A DNA stretch of 64,000 nt from a virus. The notes beneath the pieces were generated by a model. That model saw only the letters and a list, made by a program, of their open reading frames with translations. It had not been told where the DNA came from and did no database searches. The stretch lies in the IMG/VR virus record IMGVR_UViG_3300048926_000477. The stretch is one strand, 5' to 3'. A program made the translations under genes and the position numbers. This document shows, piece after piece, positions 1-8,936 of this stretch. How positions within the stretch are numbered: the first letter of the stretch is position 1; every line of letters begins with the position of its first letter.

Positions 1-1
1 C

Positions 2-121
2 CTCTACTACGTCCACACCGACCTCCCCGTGGCGGGCTACAGCGACGACGACCCCATCCAGTCGCAGAGCGCCTTCATCCCCAAGGGTGTCGTCAACGTC
101 GGCTTCAAGCTGACCGCCTGA
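2..121 (+). CDS. 3' end of a virion structural gene cut by the window edge (position suggests tail terminator / head-tail joining protein)
   Basis: Open frame ending at TGA 119-121, 17 nt upstream of the major tail protein gene; the call rests on position only. Confidence 0.35.
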   Translation, partial: LYYVHTDLPVAGYSDDDPIQSQSAFIPKGVVNVGFKLTA

Positions 122-137
122 TAGGAGATCCAGCAGC

Positions 138-920
138 ATGCCGAACACCGAGATCAGCACCACCGGCAACGTCGGATGGTTCGCCGGGCCCGACAGTGCC
201 ATCCCCTCCGCGTCCTGGAGCTCCGGCCCCACGCTGGCGCAACTCCTCACGCTCCTGAACGTCTCCGCGGGCGTGAAGATCGAGGGCACCGACTTCAGCG
301 TCGAGGCCTCCGAGCAGGTCGACGACCGCTCCTTCGCTGATCAGGCGGGCGCGCAGTCGCGCGGCCCCGTCCAGGCGTCGGGCAGCGTCGAGGTCTACAC
401 CCCCGGCAAGGGCGACAACACCAGCTCGCACGCCGTGGCGTACAACACCTTCTCGACGCCGCGCACGCGACTGGCTCTGTGCCAGCGCTTCGCCAAGCCT
501 CAGGCGAGCGCGCTCGTTGCTGGCGACGAGGTGAGCATCTTCCGCGTGCAGACGGACTCCCGTCAGCACAACCGCAACGAGGCGTCCCGCACCCTCGGCG
601 TGGGCCTCGTCTTCCAGGACGACGCGCTCATCAACTACATCGTCCCGGCCGCCACCCCCCAGTCGCCCACCGTGGCGATCCAGGGCGGCGCCAGCCTGAC
701 GACCGGTTTCACCACCGGCAAGGTCGCGATGCTCAAGGTCACGTACCACGGCCGCAACATCACGGCTGGTGCGACCTACACGTCGAGCAACGAGGCGGTG
801 TTCACCGTCTCCAAGGGCGGCGTCATCATCGCCGTCGGCCCCGGCACCGCGCAGCTGAACGTCAGCTACCCGGGCGCCGGCACGGTCGCCGCCCAGACCG
901 TCACCGTCACCGCCCCCTGA
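138..920 (+). CDS. major tail protein with a C-terminal bacterial Ig-like (Big_2-type) domain
   Basis: 260 aa; Thr/Ser/Gly/Val-rich beta-type sequence; C-terminal NEAVFTVSKGGVIIAVGPGTAQLNVSY is Ig-like; sits directly before the chaperone and tape measure genes; followed by a terminator hairpin. Confidence 0.7.
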   Translation: MPNTEISTTGNVGWFAGPDSAIPSASWSSGPTLAQLLTLLNVSAGVKIEGTDFSVEASEQVDDRSFADQAGAQSRGPVQASGSVEVYTPGKGDNTSSHAVAYNTFSTPRTRLALCQRFAKPQASALVAGDEVSIFRVQTDSRQHNRNEASRTLGVGLVFQDDALINYIVPAATPQSPTVAIQGGASLTTGFTTGKVAMLKVTYHGRNITAGATYTSSNEAVFTVSKGGVIIAVGPGTAQLNVSYPGAGTVAAQTVTVTAP

Positions 921-929
921 TCGACCCTG

Positions 930-954
930 CGCGAGGGGGCTTCGGCCCCCTCGC
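930..954 (+). terminator. stem-loop gcgagggggc-ttcg-gccccctcgc after the major tail protein gene (partial terminator / mRNA stabiliser)
   Basis: Perfect 10-bp GC stem with a TTCG tetraloop seen in the sequence; no U-tract, which is common in actinobacteria. Confidence 0.5.
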
Positions 955-988
955 CATCAGCTAGCTAAATCACGAGAGAGAAGAAGCA

Positions 989-1657
989 ATGAGCGATTCC
1001 ATCGACTCCGACATCCAGGCGATCGTCGACGACGCGCAGGACAACTTCGACCTGGGCGCGCGCCTGCGCGGCACCTCCGTCCGCACCAAGGAAGTGCGCG
1101 TCTACACCGATGAGGTGACAGGCGAGAAGCTCGGCGGCGCGGAGATCGTTGAGGAGTTCAACGCCGACGGCATACGCATGCGCAAGCCGCGCTCGTGGGG
1201 TCTCACCGCGGAGCTCATCGCACTCAAGGCCGTGAAGGAGCCCTCGAAGGAGGAGCTCGAGCGCATCGAGACTCTCAAGCTCGAGATCAAGGGCCTCGCC
1301 GAGAAGCTCGAGGCAAGCTCGATCGACTTCAAGCTCCGCGCCATCCCGAAGGTCATCAAGAAGGACGCCAAGCGTGCCGCGCGCGAGCACCTCGGGATCA
1401 AGGGCAAGCTCTCCGTCGAGGACCCCCGCTTCGAGGACTTCCTCGACGAGGAGGACGCGCAGCTCTTCCACCGCACGGTCGTCAGCTTCCATGACCACCA
1501 GGACGGCCGCACGCGCCGCGGCATCACGGTCGAGAACGCGCGCGCACTGAAGGCCTACCTCCCCGACAGCGAGTACAGCCGCCTCGCTGGTGGGCTGCGG
1601 GAACTGCTCTACCAGAACGCGATCGCCGACAAGGTCACCGAGGACGCGGATTTCTAG
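989..1657 (+). CDS. tail assembly chaperone (gpG-like)
   Basis: 222 aa, acidic; lies between the major tail protein and tape measure genes; SD gagagagaag; a -1 frame continues open downstream. Confidence 0.65.
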   Translation: MSDSIDSDIQAIVDDAQDNFDLGARLRGTSVRTKEVRVYTDEVTGEKLGGAEIVEEFNADGIRMRKPRSWGLTAELIALKAVKEPSKEELERIETLKLEIKGLAEKLEASSIDFKLRAIPKVIKKDAKRAAREHLGIKGKLSVEDPRFEDFLDEEDAQLFHRTVVSFHDHQDGRTRRGITVENARALKAYLPDSEYSRLAGGLRELLYQNAIADKVTEDADF

Positions 1658-1782
1658 CGAGGTACCTGGCCAGCTCGGCCGGCGCTAGGTACCTCATCGA
1701 CATCCAGGCGGCGCTCCAGGCCGGGCAGCCGCCCACGGCCTTCATCCTCGAGCGACGCCCGCGCGCCTGGTCGCGCTGGGAC

Positions 1783-2130
1783 GTGCTGCTCGCCAAGGCC
1801 GCTGCCATCCTCGACGCCGAGCGCTGCGGCTCCTGCGGGCGCCCCAAGTATGTCTGTCAGAACGTCGACAACGACATCGCCTTCCGTGTCTACGAGGAGA
1901 CGTGTCACGCCACACGCGAACGCGTCAAGCACGAGGAGAAGAAGAAGGACGCGAAGGACCGCGCCGGCATCTCGGTCGCCGTGGAGCCGTACACGTACAG
2001 CAAGACGCCGCTCGAGGAGTTCCGCCTGCCCTTCTACGAGCGTGAAGCCGACCGCGCGCGCAAGCGCGACGCCGCCCGCCCCGTGATTCCCCGCGAAGCC
2101 CCGCCTTCTTATACCCCCGAGGACGAGTGA
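1783..2130 (+). CDS. tail assembly chaperone frameshift extension (gpT-like part of G-T; -1 frame is open from 1495)
   Basis: Frame -1 relative to the gpG-like ORF is open from 1495 to 2130 and overlaps its 3' end, the canonical G/GT arrangement; no textbook XXXYYYZ heptamer is seen. Confidence 0.45.
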   Translation: MLLAKAAAILDAERCGSCGRPKYVCQNVDNDIAFRVYEETCHATRERVKHEEKKKDAKDRAGISVAVEPYTYSKTPLEEFRLPFYEREADRARKRDAARPVIPREAPPSYTPEDE

Positions 2131-2179
2131 AACCCGCACCTAGACTCCGGCGCGCTATGCGACGACTGGGAGGTGAGCG

Positions 2180-5100
2180 ATGAGCGAAGGCGTTGAGTCC
2201 GAAGCCGTAATGCGGCTCCGCTTCATCGAAGAACTCGCCAAGTGGACGCGCGAGATCAACGAGATCCAGGAAGCGACCGGCGACTGGGGTGGAGAGCTCC
2301 GCAAGACCGAGAAGATCCTCGACTCCACCAAGTCCTCGCTCGAGGGGCTCGGCAAGGCCGCCGGCGAGACGAAGCGCGCACTGAAGGACGGGCCGTCCGC
2401 TTCCTCCAAGCAGTGGGACGACCTGGCAGAGCGAGTTGCCGCGGCCACCCAGGCCTACCGTGCCTTCCGCCAGGAGGTCGCCGTCGGCAATCAGGCCGAC
2501 ATGGGCCTCGATGACTGGATCACCACCAACGGCGGCGTCAGCCGTGCGGACCTCGAGAAGTTCCGCCGCGGCAACGCCGGCGGGCTTGTCACCGACGACA
2601 CCGCAGAACTGCGTGAGCAAGAACGCCTCATGCAGAAGCGCATCAACGACGAGATCGCGCTCACACGCGAGATTCAGCGTCGCGCCGAGGCGTCGAAGCA
2701 GGCTCGAATCGCCGAGACCAGCGGGCGCGGCTACGCCAATGCCTCCGTCCTCAGCGACGCCGGCATCAGCGCCGACCGCCAGGCTGGACTCGACTTCTCC
2801 CGCCAGCTGCAGGCGCGGCTGCGCGAGGAAGAGGAAGCCACTCGCCGCGCGCAGCAGGCGCAGCAGGACTACATCAACACGCTCCCCCGCCTGCGGTACG
2901 CGCTCTATGACGTTGCCTCCTCGGCCACGTTCACCGGCGTCGCGCTCACCGGGCTCTCTGTCGCAAGCGCGGCCGCCGCGATCTCCATGGATCGTCAGTT
3001 CGCCGATGTGGTGCGCACCTCGGGCACCTACATCGACCAGACCGGCCGGTCGACGGAGAACCTGCGCGGCCAGTTCAACGAGCTCTTCTCGACACTTCCC
3101 GCCTCCTGGTCGGAGCTCACCGAGATTGGCACTCTGGCCGGACAGCTGGATATCGCGTCGGCCGACATGGCTGAGTTCACGCGGCTGGTCACGATGTTCA
3201 CGGCCACCTCGAACGTCGGCGTCGAGGACTCTGCCACCGCGTTCGGGCGGCTGTCGCAGCTGCTCGGTGTCTCCTCGGACCAGTACGAGAACCTCGGCTC
3301 GTCGATCCTCGCTGTCGGCACGAGCAGCGTCGCGACGGAGTCGCAGATCGTCTCCACGTCCAAGGAGATCGCGTCGATGGGCGCGACCGCCGGCTTCTCC
3401 GCGGCAGACGTGTTCGGCCTCTCCGCAGCCCTCGCCTCCCTCGGCACGCAGCCCGAGCTTTCGCGCGGTGTCGTCACCCGCACCTTCACCAACATCTCCA
3501 CGGCGATCTCTGAGGGCGGTCAGCGCCTCGAGGACTTCGGCGCTCTCGCCGGCATGAGTGGACGCGAGTTCGCGCAGGCGTGGGGCAAGGATGCCGCCGG
3601 AGCCTTCACCTCTCTCATGGAGGGCCTCGGACGCCTGCAGCAGTCGGACGCCACCGCCGTCCTCCGCGAGCTGGGCATCGAGGCCAGCCGCGACGTTCCC
3701 ACCCTCCTCCGCCTCGCCCAGAACAGCGAGGTCCTCGCTCGTTCGATCGAGGTGGCCAACAAGGGCTTCGAGGACGGCACGGAGCTCCAGGACCAGTACA
3801 ACGTCATCGCGAGCACGGTCGCCGAGAAGCTCAGCGTGCTCGTCAACAATTTCCAGCTGCTCGTGGGCACCGCTGCGCAGGCCACCGGTGGACTCGGGTT
3901 CCTCGTCGACGCGCTCATCGCTGTCACCCGCGGCCTCACATCCATCATCGACAACCCGGTCGCCAGCACCCTCGCCGGCATCGGCATCGCCGTCACCGCG
4001 ATCCTCGGCGTCATGGCGCTGCTCGTCGGCGCGCTCGGTCGCGGCGCTGCCAGCTGGCTCGCCATCCGCACCGCCATGGCAGAGTACGCCGCGGCCACCG
4101 GCACCACCACGCTCTCGATCTCCGGGCTCACCGGCGCGCTCGTCGGACAGGAAGTCGCCGCCGGCCGGGCCGCGGTGGCCAGCCGGATCCTCTCGATCGC
4201 CCTGCGCAGTCTCTCCGTCATCGGCATCGCCACGGCCGCGATCCCGCTCGCCGAGTGGATGCGCAGCCTCGCGATCGCCAGCCGCGACGCCTCCGTCGAC
4301 ACGCAGAATCTCACCACCTCGCTCTCTGGCCTCAGCGGCACCGAAGCGAAGGACTCCATCGACGAGATCAACCGCGCCATCGAGCAGCTTGGCCGCTCCG
4401 CGAACATGGGCAGCGGCGCTTCGCTCATCCCGGTTGCCGGCACCTGGCTCTCCCTCGCCGAAGGCGTCGAGCAGGGCGTCACCAAGGCTGAGACGGAGCT
4501 CGACGCCGGTCTTGCCCGCCTGTCGATGAAGACGACCAACTGGTTCGCCAACGCCGGGAACTTCGGCCTGGGCGTCGTCAACGACGCGAACGGCCTGGCG
4601 CCTTGGGCGTCGAGCGTCGACCAGTCCATCGGCGAAGTGCAGAAGGTCGTCGACGCGTACGTCCAGGCCTGGAACAGCGCCGACTCCGCCACCGCGCAGC
4701 AGAAGATCCTCGACGACTACGAGCGCCTCAAGCAGGCATCGATGGACGCCGCCGTTGCTCTCGGCACCTCCGCCGAAGAGGCCGCGTCGGCATGGGACTA
4801 CAACTGGGGCGCGTTCGCAGCCGCGACCGAAGGCGGCGTCAGCGCCCTGGAGCTCGTCGGCGAGCAGGCCGAAGCCACGGCAGAGCAGGTCTCCTCCACG
4901 ATCTCTTCGTTCACGGACGTTGCCAACGCCACCATCGGCGCCGAGAATGCGATCTGGGCCCTCGGCCAGTCGCTCGGCGAGAACGGCGCCCAGTGGAGCG
5001 AGTTCTCTGAGGGTGGCCGGGCGAACATGACCGCCCTCATGGACGTGGTCAACGCCATCGCTGCCCAGACCCCCGGCGACGCGTCGGCCATCGCGAGCAA

Positions 5101-6571
5101 CCTGCAGGCGCTCTTTGAGACCATCGTGAACGGCGGCTACGCCTCAGCGCAGCAGCTCAGCATGCTCTCCGGCATCATCTCCAGCCTCGCCGGCGGCAAG
5201 GCCGTCAAGGCATCCGCCCGCGACTTCTCCTCCTTTTTCGGCGGATGGCAGACGGGGGCGGCGAACGCGGAGAAGGCGACGCAGAAGGCTGGCCGCGCAG
5301 CCTCGCGCGCCGCCGCTGAAGTGCGCACGCTTGTCGACTACGCCGGCGACCTTGGCAACGTCTTCTCCCGCTCCTTCGACATCCGCTTCGGTGGCGCAGA
5401 GGCTCTGGACACCATCACTGGCGGCTGGATGAAGGTGGCGAACGCTTCGCAGGAAGCTCGCGACAACATCGCGGAGTACCAGCGCAAGCTCGGAGAACTC
5501 GGCGCGGACAAGGCGATCAAGGAGTATTGGCTCAGCGTCGCCGAGATGTATGGCGACGAACTGCGCGCGATGAAGCTGCGCGCCGAACTCGCAGAGATCA
5601 GCGCCGACCAGGCCGCCGAGCAGAAGAAGCTCGCCAAGGAGCAGGACAAGGCGTCCATGTCCCTCGAGGGCAACAGCGAGGCCGCCCTCGCCAACCGCGC
5701 CACGATCCTCGGCATGGTCGGCAACTACCAGGACTACCTCAAGGCCCTAGCCGCCAGCGGCGTGAGCCAGGCGGAACTGCAGGCCCAGAGCGCCCAGCTC
5801 AAGCAGGAGTTCATCGCCCAGGCGACCCAGGCGGGCTTCGGCCGAGCCGAGATCGAGAAGTACGCGGCGTCCTTCGACGACATGACGTTGGCGATCAGCC
5901 GCGTGCCGCGCAACATCACGGTCAACGCGGACCCGAACCCTGCTCTTCAAGCGCTTAACGAGCTCGAGTCTCGTGCGCGGCAGGTCGCATCCTCCATGGG
6001 GAGCGCGATCGGCGGGGCGCTGTCCAAGGGCATCGACACCTCCCCGATCGACGCTGTCGCCGACAAGAGCGCCCGCCTCGCCGGGGTTATTAGCGAGCTG
6101 GCCGTGCTCCAGGCGCGCGCACTCCAGTACGGCGTCAGTGGCAATGTCATCGGGGCCACTCTGATGGCGCCACTCATCGCCGCGAAGCGCTGGCAGATCG
6201 CCACTGGAAGCTACGCCACCGGTGGTTACACCGGATCCGGCGGTAAGTACACACCCGCGGGCATCGTGCACAAGGGCGAGTTCGTCTTCTCGAAGGAGGC
6301 CACGGCCTTCTTCGGCCCGAACCTGCTCAACCGCATGCACCAGGTCGGCGTCTCCGGCGGCGGCAGCTACACGGGAGGCGGCCGCGGAGCGCAGGCAGGC
6401 TTCCCCTCCAACGGCTCCGCCGGCGGCAGCGTGGTCGACCTGTCGGCCAACTCGGCGCGACTTCTTGCAGGCCTTATCAGCCAGTCGCTCACCGTCGTCC
6501 TCCCTGGCGCACAGCTCGCCGGGTCTATCGGGGCCCACAACATCGTCAGCGCAGGAAGGGGCGCCGCCTGA
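2180..6571 (+). CDS. tape measure protein
   Basis: 1463 aa, Ala/Gly-rich, long helical segments, internal TM-like block (GIGIAVTAILGVMALLVGALG); SD gggagg; position after the G/GT pair. Confidence 0.85.
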   Translation: MSEGVESEAVMRLRFIEELAKWTREINEIQEATGDWGGELRKTEKILDSTKSSLEGLGKAAGETKRALKDGPSASSKQWDDLAERVAAATQAYRAFRQEVAVGNQADMGLDDWITTNGGVSRADLEKFRRGNAGGLVTDDTAELREQERLMQKRINDEIALTREIQRRAEASKQARIAETSGRGYANASVLSDAGISADRQAGLDFSRQLQARLREEEEATRRAQQAQQDYINTLPRLRYALYDVASSATFTGVALTGLSVASAAAAISMDRQFADVVRTSGTYIDQTGRSTENLRGQFNELFSTLPASWSELTEIGTLAGQLDIASADMAEFTRLVTMFTATSNVGVEDSATAFGRLSQLLGVSSDQYENLGSSILAVGTSSVATESQIVSTSKEIASMGATAGFSAADVFGLSAALASLGTQPELSRGVVTRTFTNISTAISEGGQRLEDFGALAGMSGREFAQAWGKDAAGAFTSLMEGLGRLQQSDATAVLRELGIEASRDVPTLLRLAQNSEVLARSIEVANKGFEDGTELQDQYNVIASTVAEKLSVLVNNFQLLVGTAAQATGGLGFLVDALIAVTRGLTSIIDNPVASTLAGIGIAVTAILGVMALLVGALGRGAASWLAIRTAMAEYAAATGTTTLSISGLTGALVGQEVAAGRAAVASRILSIALRSLSVIGIATAAIPLAEWMRSLAIASRDASVDTQNLTTSLSGLSGTEAKDSIDEINRAIEQLGRSANMGSGASLIPVAGTWLSLAEGVEQGVTKAETELDAGLARLSMKTTNWFANAGNFGLGVVNDANGLAPWASSVDQSIGEVQKVVDAYVQAWNSADSATAQQKILDDYERLKQASMDAAVALGTSAEEAASAWDYNWGAFAAATEGGVSALELVGEQAEATAEQVSSTISSFTDVANATIGAENAIWALGQSLGENGAQWSEFSEGGRANMTALMDVVNAIAAQTPGDASAIASNLQALFETIVNGGYASAQQLSMLSGIISSLAGGKAVKASARDFSSFFGGWQTGAANAEKATQKAGRAASRAAAEVRTLVDYAGDLGNVFSRSFDIRFGGAEALDTITGGWMKVANASQEARDNIAEYQRKLGELGADKAIKEYWLSVAEMYGDELRAMKLRAELAEISADQAAEQKKLAKEQDKASMSLEGNSEAALANRATILGMVGNYQDYLKALAASGVSQAELQAQSAQLKQEFIAQATQAGFGRAEIEKYAASFDDMTLAISRVPRNITVNADPNPALQALNELESRARQVASSMGSAIGGALSKGIDTSPIDAVADKSARLAGVISELAVLQARALQYGVSGNVIGATLMAPLIAAKRWQIATGSYATGGYTGSGGKYTPAGIVHKGEFVFSKEATAFFGPNLLNRMHQVGVSGGGSYTGGGRGAQAGFPSNGSAGGSVVDLSANSARLLAGLISQSLTVVLPGAQLAGSIGAHNIVSAGRGAA

Positions 6572-7437
6572 TGGCCGCGAACGTCTGGATGGGAACACGA
6601 GGATCCGAGCGCTGGCTGAAGGCCCCCGCTCCTTCTGGCGCGTTCCAGGCCACCGGATGGTCTGCCCTCAACCAGCAGCGGAACGGTCGCGTCAACGGCC
6701 GCACCTCGCGCTCGACGCACATGGTCTACAACCTGTCGTGGCCTACCGCCGACCGAGACACTGCTCGTCAGCTCAGCGACATGTACTACGGCGTGCACGG
6801 CGACGGTCTCATCCACTGGATCGACCCCACGATCGACAACCAGCTCCCCGCGCACTGGTCCTACCCCGGCCTGGGGTGCGTGGACGGTCCCGTGATCTAC
6901 GGCACCAGTCGCCCCGCGTCCGCAGTCACCGCGGCGAACCCGCATGAGCTCCCTGCGCGATCCGCCGTTTTCACCCGTCCCTTCGCCGGCTACGTCCCGC
7001 CGAGCATGTACCTTCCGATCCCGCCCGGCTACGCGGCGCACATCGGCGTGCACGGCGTCGCCAGCGCGGGCGCTCTCATCGCGCGCCCGATGAACGACAC
7101 CACGCCCGTCGGCGCCGCCGCCATCATCCCGACGCTCGCAGCATCATCCGCCACCCGCTTCAGCACTGTCGTCACTCAGACCGGGAGCGTGACCGGCATC
7201 GAGCTGCGCCTGGCTCTCGGCGAAACGGTCGGATCGACCACCCTGCCCACGAGCGCAACCATCGCAGGAATGATGGTCGAGGTTCTCCCCGTCGGCCAGA
7301 CGCCCCGATCGGGCGGCTACCGTCGCGGCGAAGGCAACTCCGGCTGCCGCATGTTCGATCCGCCCGTCGAAGCGCCGATCTCGAGCATCTACGACATGGT
7401 GAGCGTCTCCGCCGTCCTGACGGAGGTGGGCCCGTGA
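6571..7437 (+). CDS. distal tail protein (Dit-like)
   Basis: 288 aa; start overlaps the tape measure stop (ATGA); called from the conserved siphovirus tail gene order. Confidence 0.5.
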   Translation: MAANVWMGTRGSERWLKAPAPSGAFQATGWSALNQQRNGRVNGRTSRSTHMVYNLSWPTADRDTARQLSDMYYGVHGDGLIHWIDPTIDNQLPAHWSYPGLGCVDGPVIYGTSRPASAVTAANPHELPARSAVFTRPFAGYVPPSMYLPIPPGYAAHIGVHGVASAGALIARPMNDTTPVGAAAIIPTLAASSATRFSTVVTQTGSVTGIELRLALGETVGSTTLPTSATIAGMMVEVLPVGQTPRSGGYRRGEGNSGCRMFDPPVEAPISSIYDMVSVSAVLTEVGP

Positions 7438-8936
7438 CCGCCGTCGACCTCCGCATCGGCAATACCTGGCACTTCGGCTTGGCGAACTACAGCGTCGTCG
7501 GTGACTCCACCGGCACTGTCGTCGGTGACATGACCGGCGGCGCCGGCACGATGTCCGTCGATTTGCCCGAGACCGTCGACTCGAAGCTCCTCTCGGGCCG
7601 CCCGGTGCTCCTGCGCGACGCTCACATGGGCGAAACCAGCGGGATCCTGCGCACGGGCTCTGGGAACGGCGTCAACGCGACGACGACCGCGGTCTCGCGC
7701 ATCGCGCTGCTCAACGTGAACCGCACCGCCGAAGCCTTCAGCGGCACCTTGCGCGCTGCGCTGCTCTACTACTTCGGCCTCGCCGGAATCACGACCAACG
7801 TCGTCATCGAGTCCAATCTCGCGTCCCGCGCGGTGAACTTCCCCGGCTGGCAGGGCAACGTCCTCGACTACCTCAAGGACCTCTGCGTCGCGCAGCGCAT
7901 GGAGCTCAGCCTGATCGGCGAGAAGTACGTCATCCGACCGATTCGCCGCCGCACGCTCGACCTCTCGAGCGCAGCCGAGCCGTCCTGGTCCACCGACGAG
8001 TCGTCCCTCGCCCAGGCTGTCGAGGTCCTCTGGTACCAGACCAGCCCGGTCCAGAACGGACTCGTCTATCCCGCCGGCGGATGGAGCGAGGAAGTCACCC
8101 CGCTGCAGGTCGACGAAGGAGAGCTCGTCGAGATTGAGCTCTCGCTCGCCCCTGAGGATGACGAAGGCCAAGGCGTCTCCGCCGTCACTGTCCAGCAGCC
8201 GGTGTGTGTCGACAGCGTCTCGCGCACGCACGCCACCTCCTCCGTCTACACGGTCTCCGGCAAGGACGGCCTGCCCATCAAGCCGGCACAGTGGAACGCC
8301 AGCGGCGGCAAGCTCACCGTCGGGCTCAAGGACGGCGGTTCCACCCTCGTCGTCACCATCCAGGGGCCCCGGGGCGTCGAGAACGGCCCCTACTCGATCG
8401 CCATGGCGTCCGGCACCAGCGACCAGTATTCATCCCTGCGTGTGTACGGGTCGCGCATGTACTACAAGCGGAATCTGCTCACGATGCAGACCGGTCTCAG
8501 CGAAGACGTGGCGACCCAAGAGAGTGCACCCCGCGCCGAGAGCCGCTTCATCAACTCGTACGAGAACGCTTGGCGCGCAGCGTCCAACCTCCTGGCGCAG
8601 CACGGCGGCGCACAGATGAGCGTGACCGTGCAGCTCGGCGTGATTGAAGGCACGACGATCGCCCACTCCTTCTTCGGCGGCGACACCGTCAAGGAGGGGC
8701 TGAGCGAGCAGCCCTTCGGCAACGTCGAGGGCGCTCGCCTCCGACACGACGGGACCATGTTCCGCACCCGCTCGGTCACCTCGACCGCCAGCGTCAGCAC
8801 AGCGACGGCGACGCAGGACACCATCTCGCAGGATCTCGCGACCGAGTTCGGCACCCTCACCGCCTCGCAGTGGAACGCGCGCCTGCCCGCAGGCATGACC
8901 GCCTCCCAGTTCAACGCTCGACAGATGAACGGATGA
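7434..8936 (+). CDS. minor tail protein (Tal / baseplate-hub-like)
   Basis: 500 aa; 4-nt overlap with the Dit-like gene; positional call. Confidence 0.45.
   Translation: MTAVDLRIGNTWHFGLANYSVVGDSTGTVVGDMTGGAGTMSVDLPETVDSKLLSGRPVLLRDAHMGETSGILRTGSGNGVNATTTAVSRIALLNVNRTAEAFSGTLRAALLYYFGLAGITTNVVIESNLASRAVNFPGWQGNVLDYLKDLCVAQRMELSLIGEKYVIRPIRRRTLDLSSAAEPSWSTDESSLAQAVEVLWYQTSPVQNGLVYPAGGWSEEVTPLQVDEGELVEIELSLAPEDDEGQGVSAVTVQQPVCVDSVSRTHATSSVYTVSGKDGLPIKPAQWNASGGKLTVGLKDGGSTLVVTIQGPRGVENGPYSIAMASGTSDQYSSLRVYGSRMYYKRNLLTMQTGLSEDVATQESAPRAESRFINSYENAWRAASNLLAQHGGAQMSVTVQLGVIEGTTIAHSFFGGDTVKEGLSEQPFGNVEGARLRHDGTMFRTRSVTSTASVSTATATQDTISQDLATEFGTLTASQWNARLPAGMTASQFNARQMNG

Noticed and set aside
105-4692. 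Many long ORFs on the opposite strand or in alternative frames inside the major tail and tape measure genes (e.g. 105-749 -, 2436-3557 +, 3520-4692 -, 3558-4529 +)
   Set aside because: Typical high-GC frame artefacts: Arg/Pro/Ala-rich low-complexity translations with no SD, fully embedded in well-supported genes.
8870-8932. N-terminal extension of the tail fibre ORF (MERAPARRHDRL...)
   Set aside because: It overlaps the upstream gene by 66 nt; the internal ATG 8933 makes the canonical ATGA overlap and starts the sensible MTMTRP sequence.
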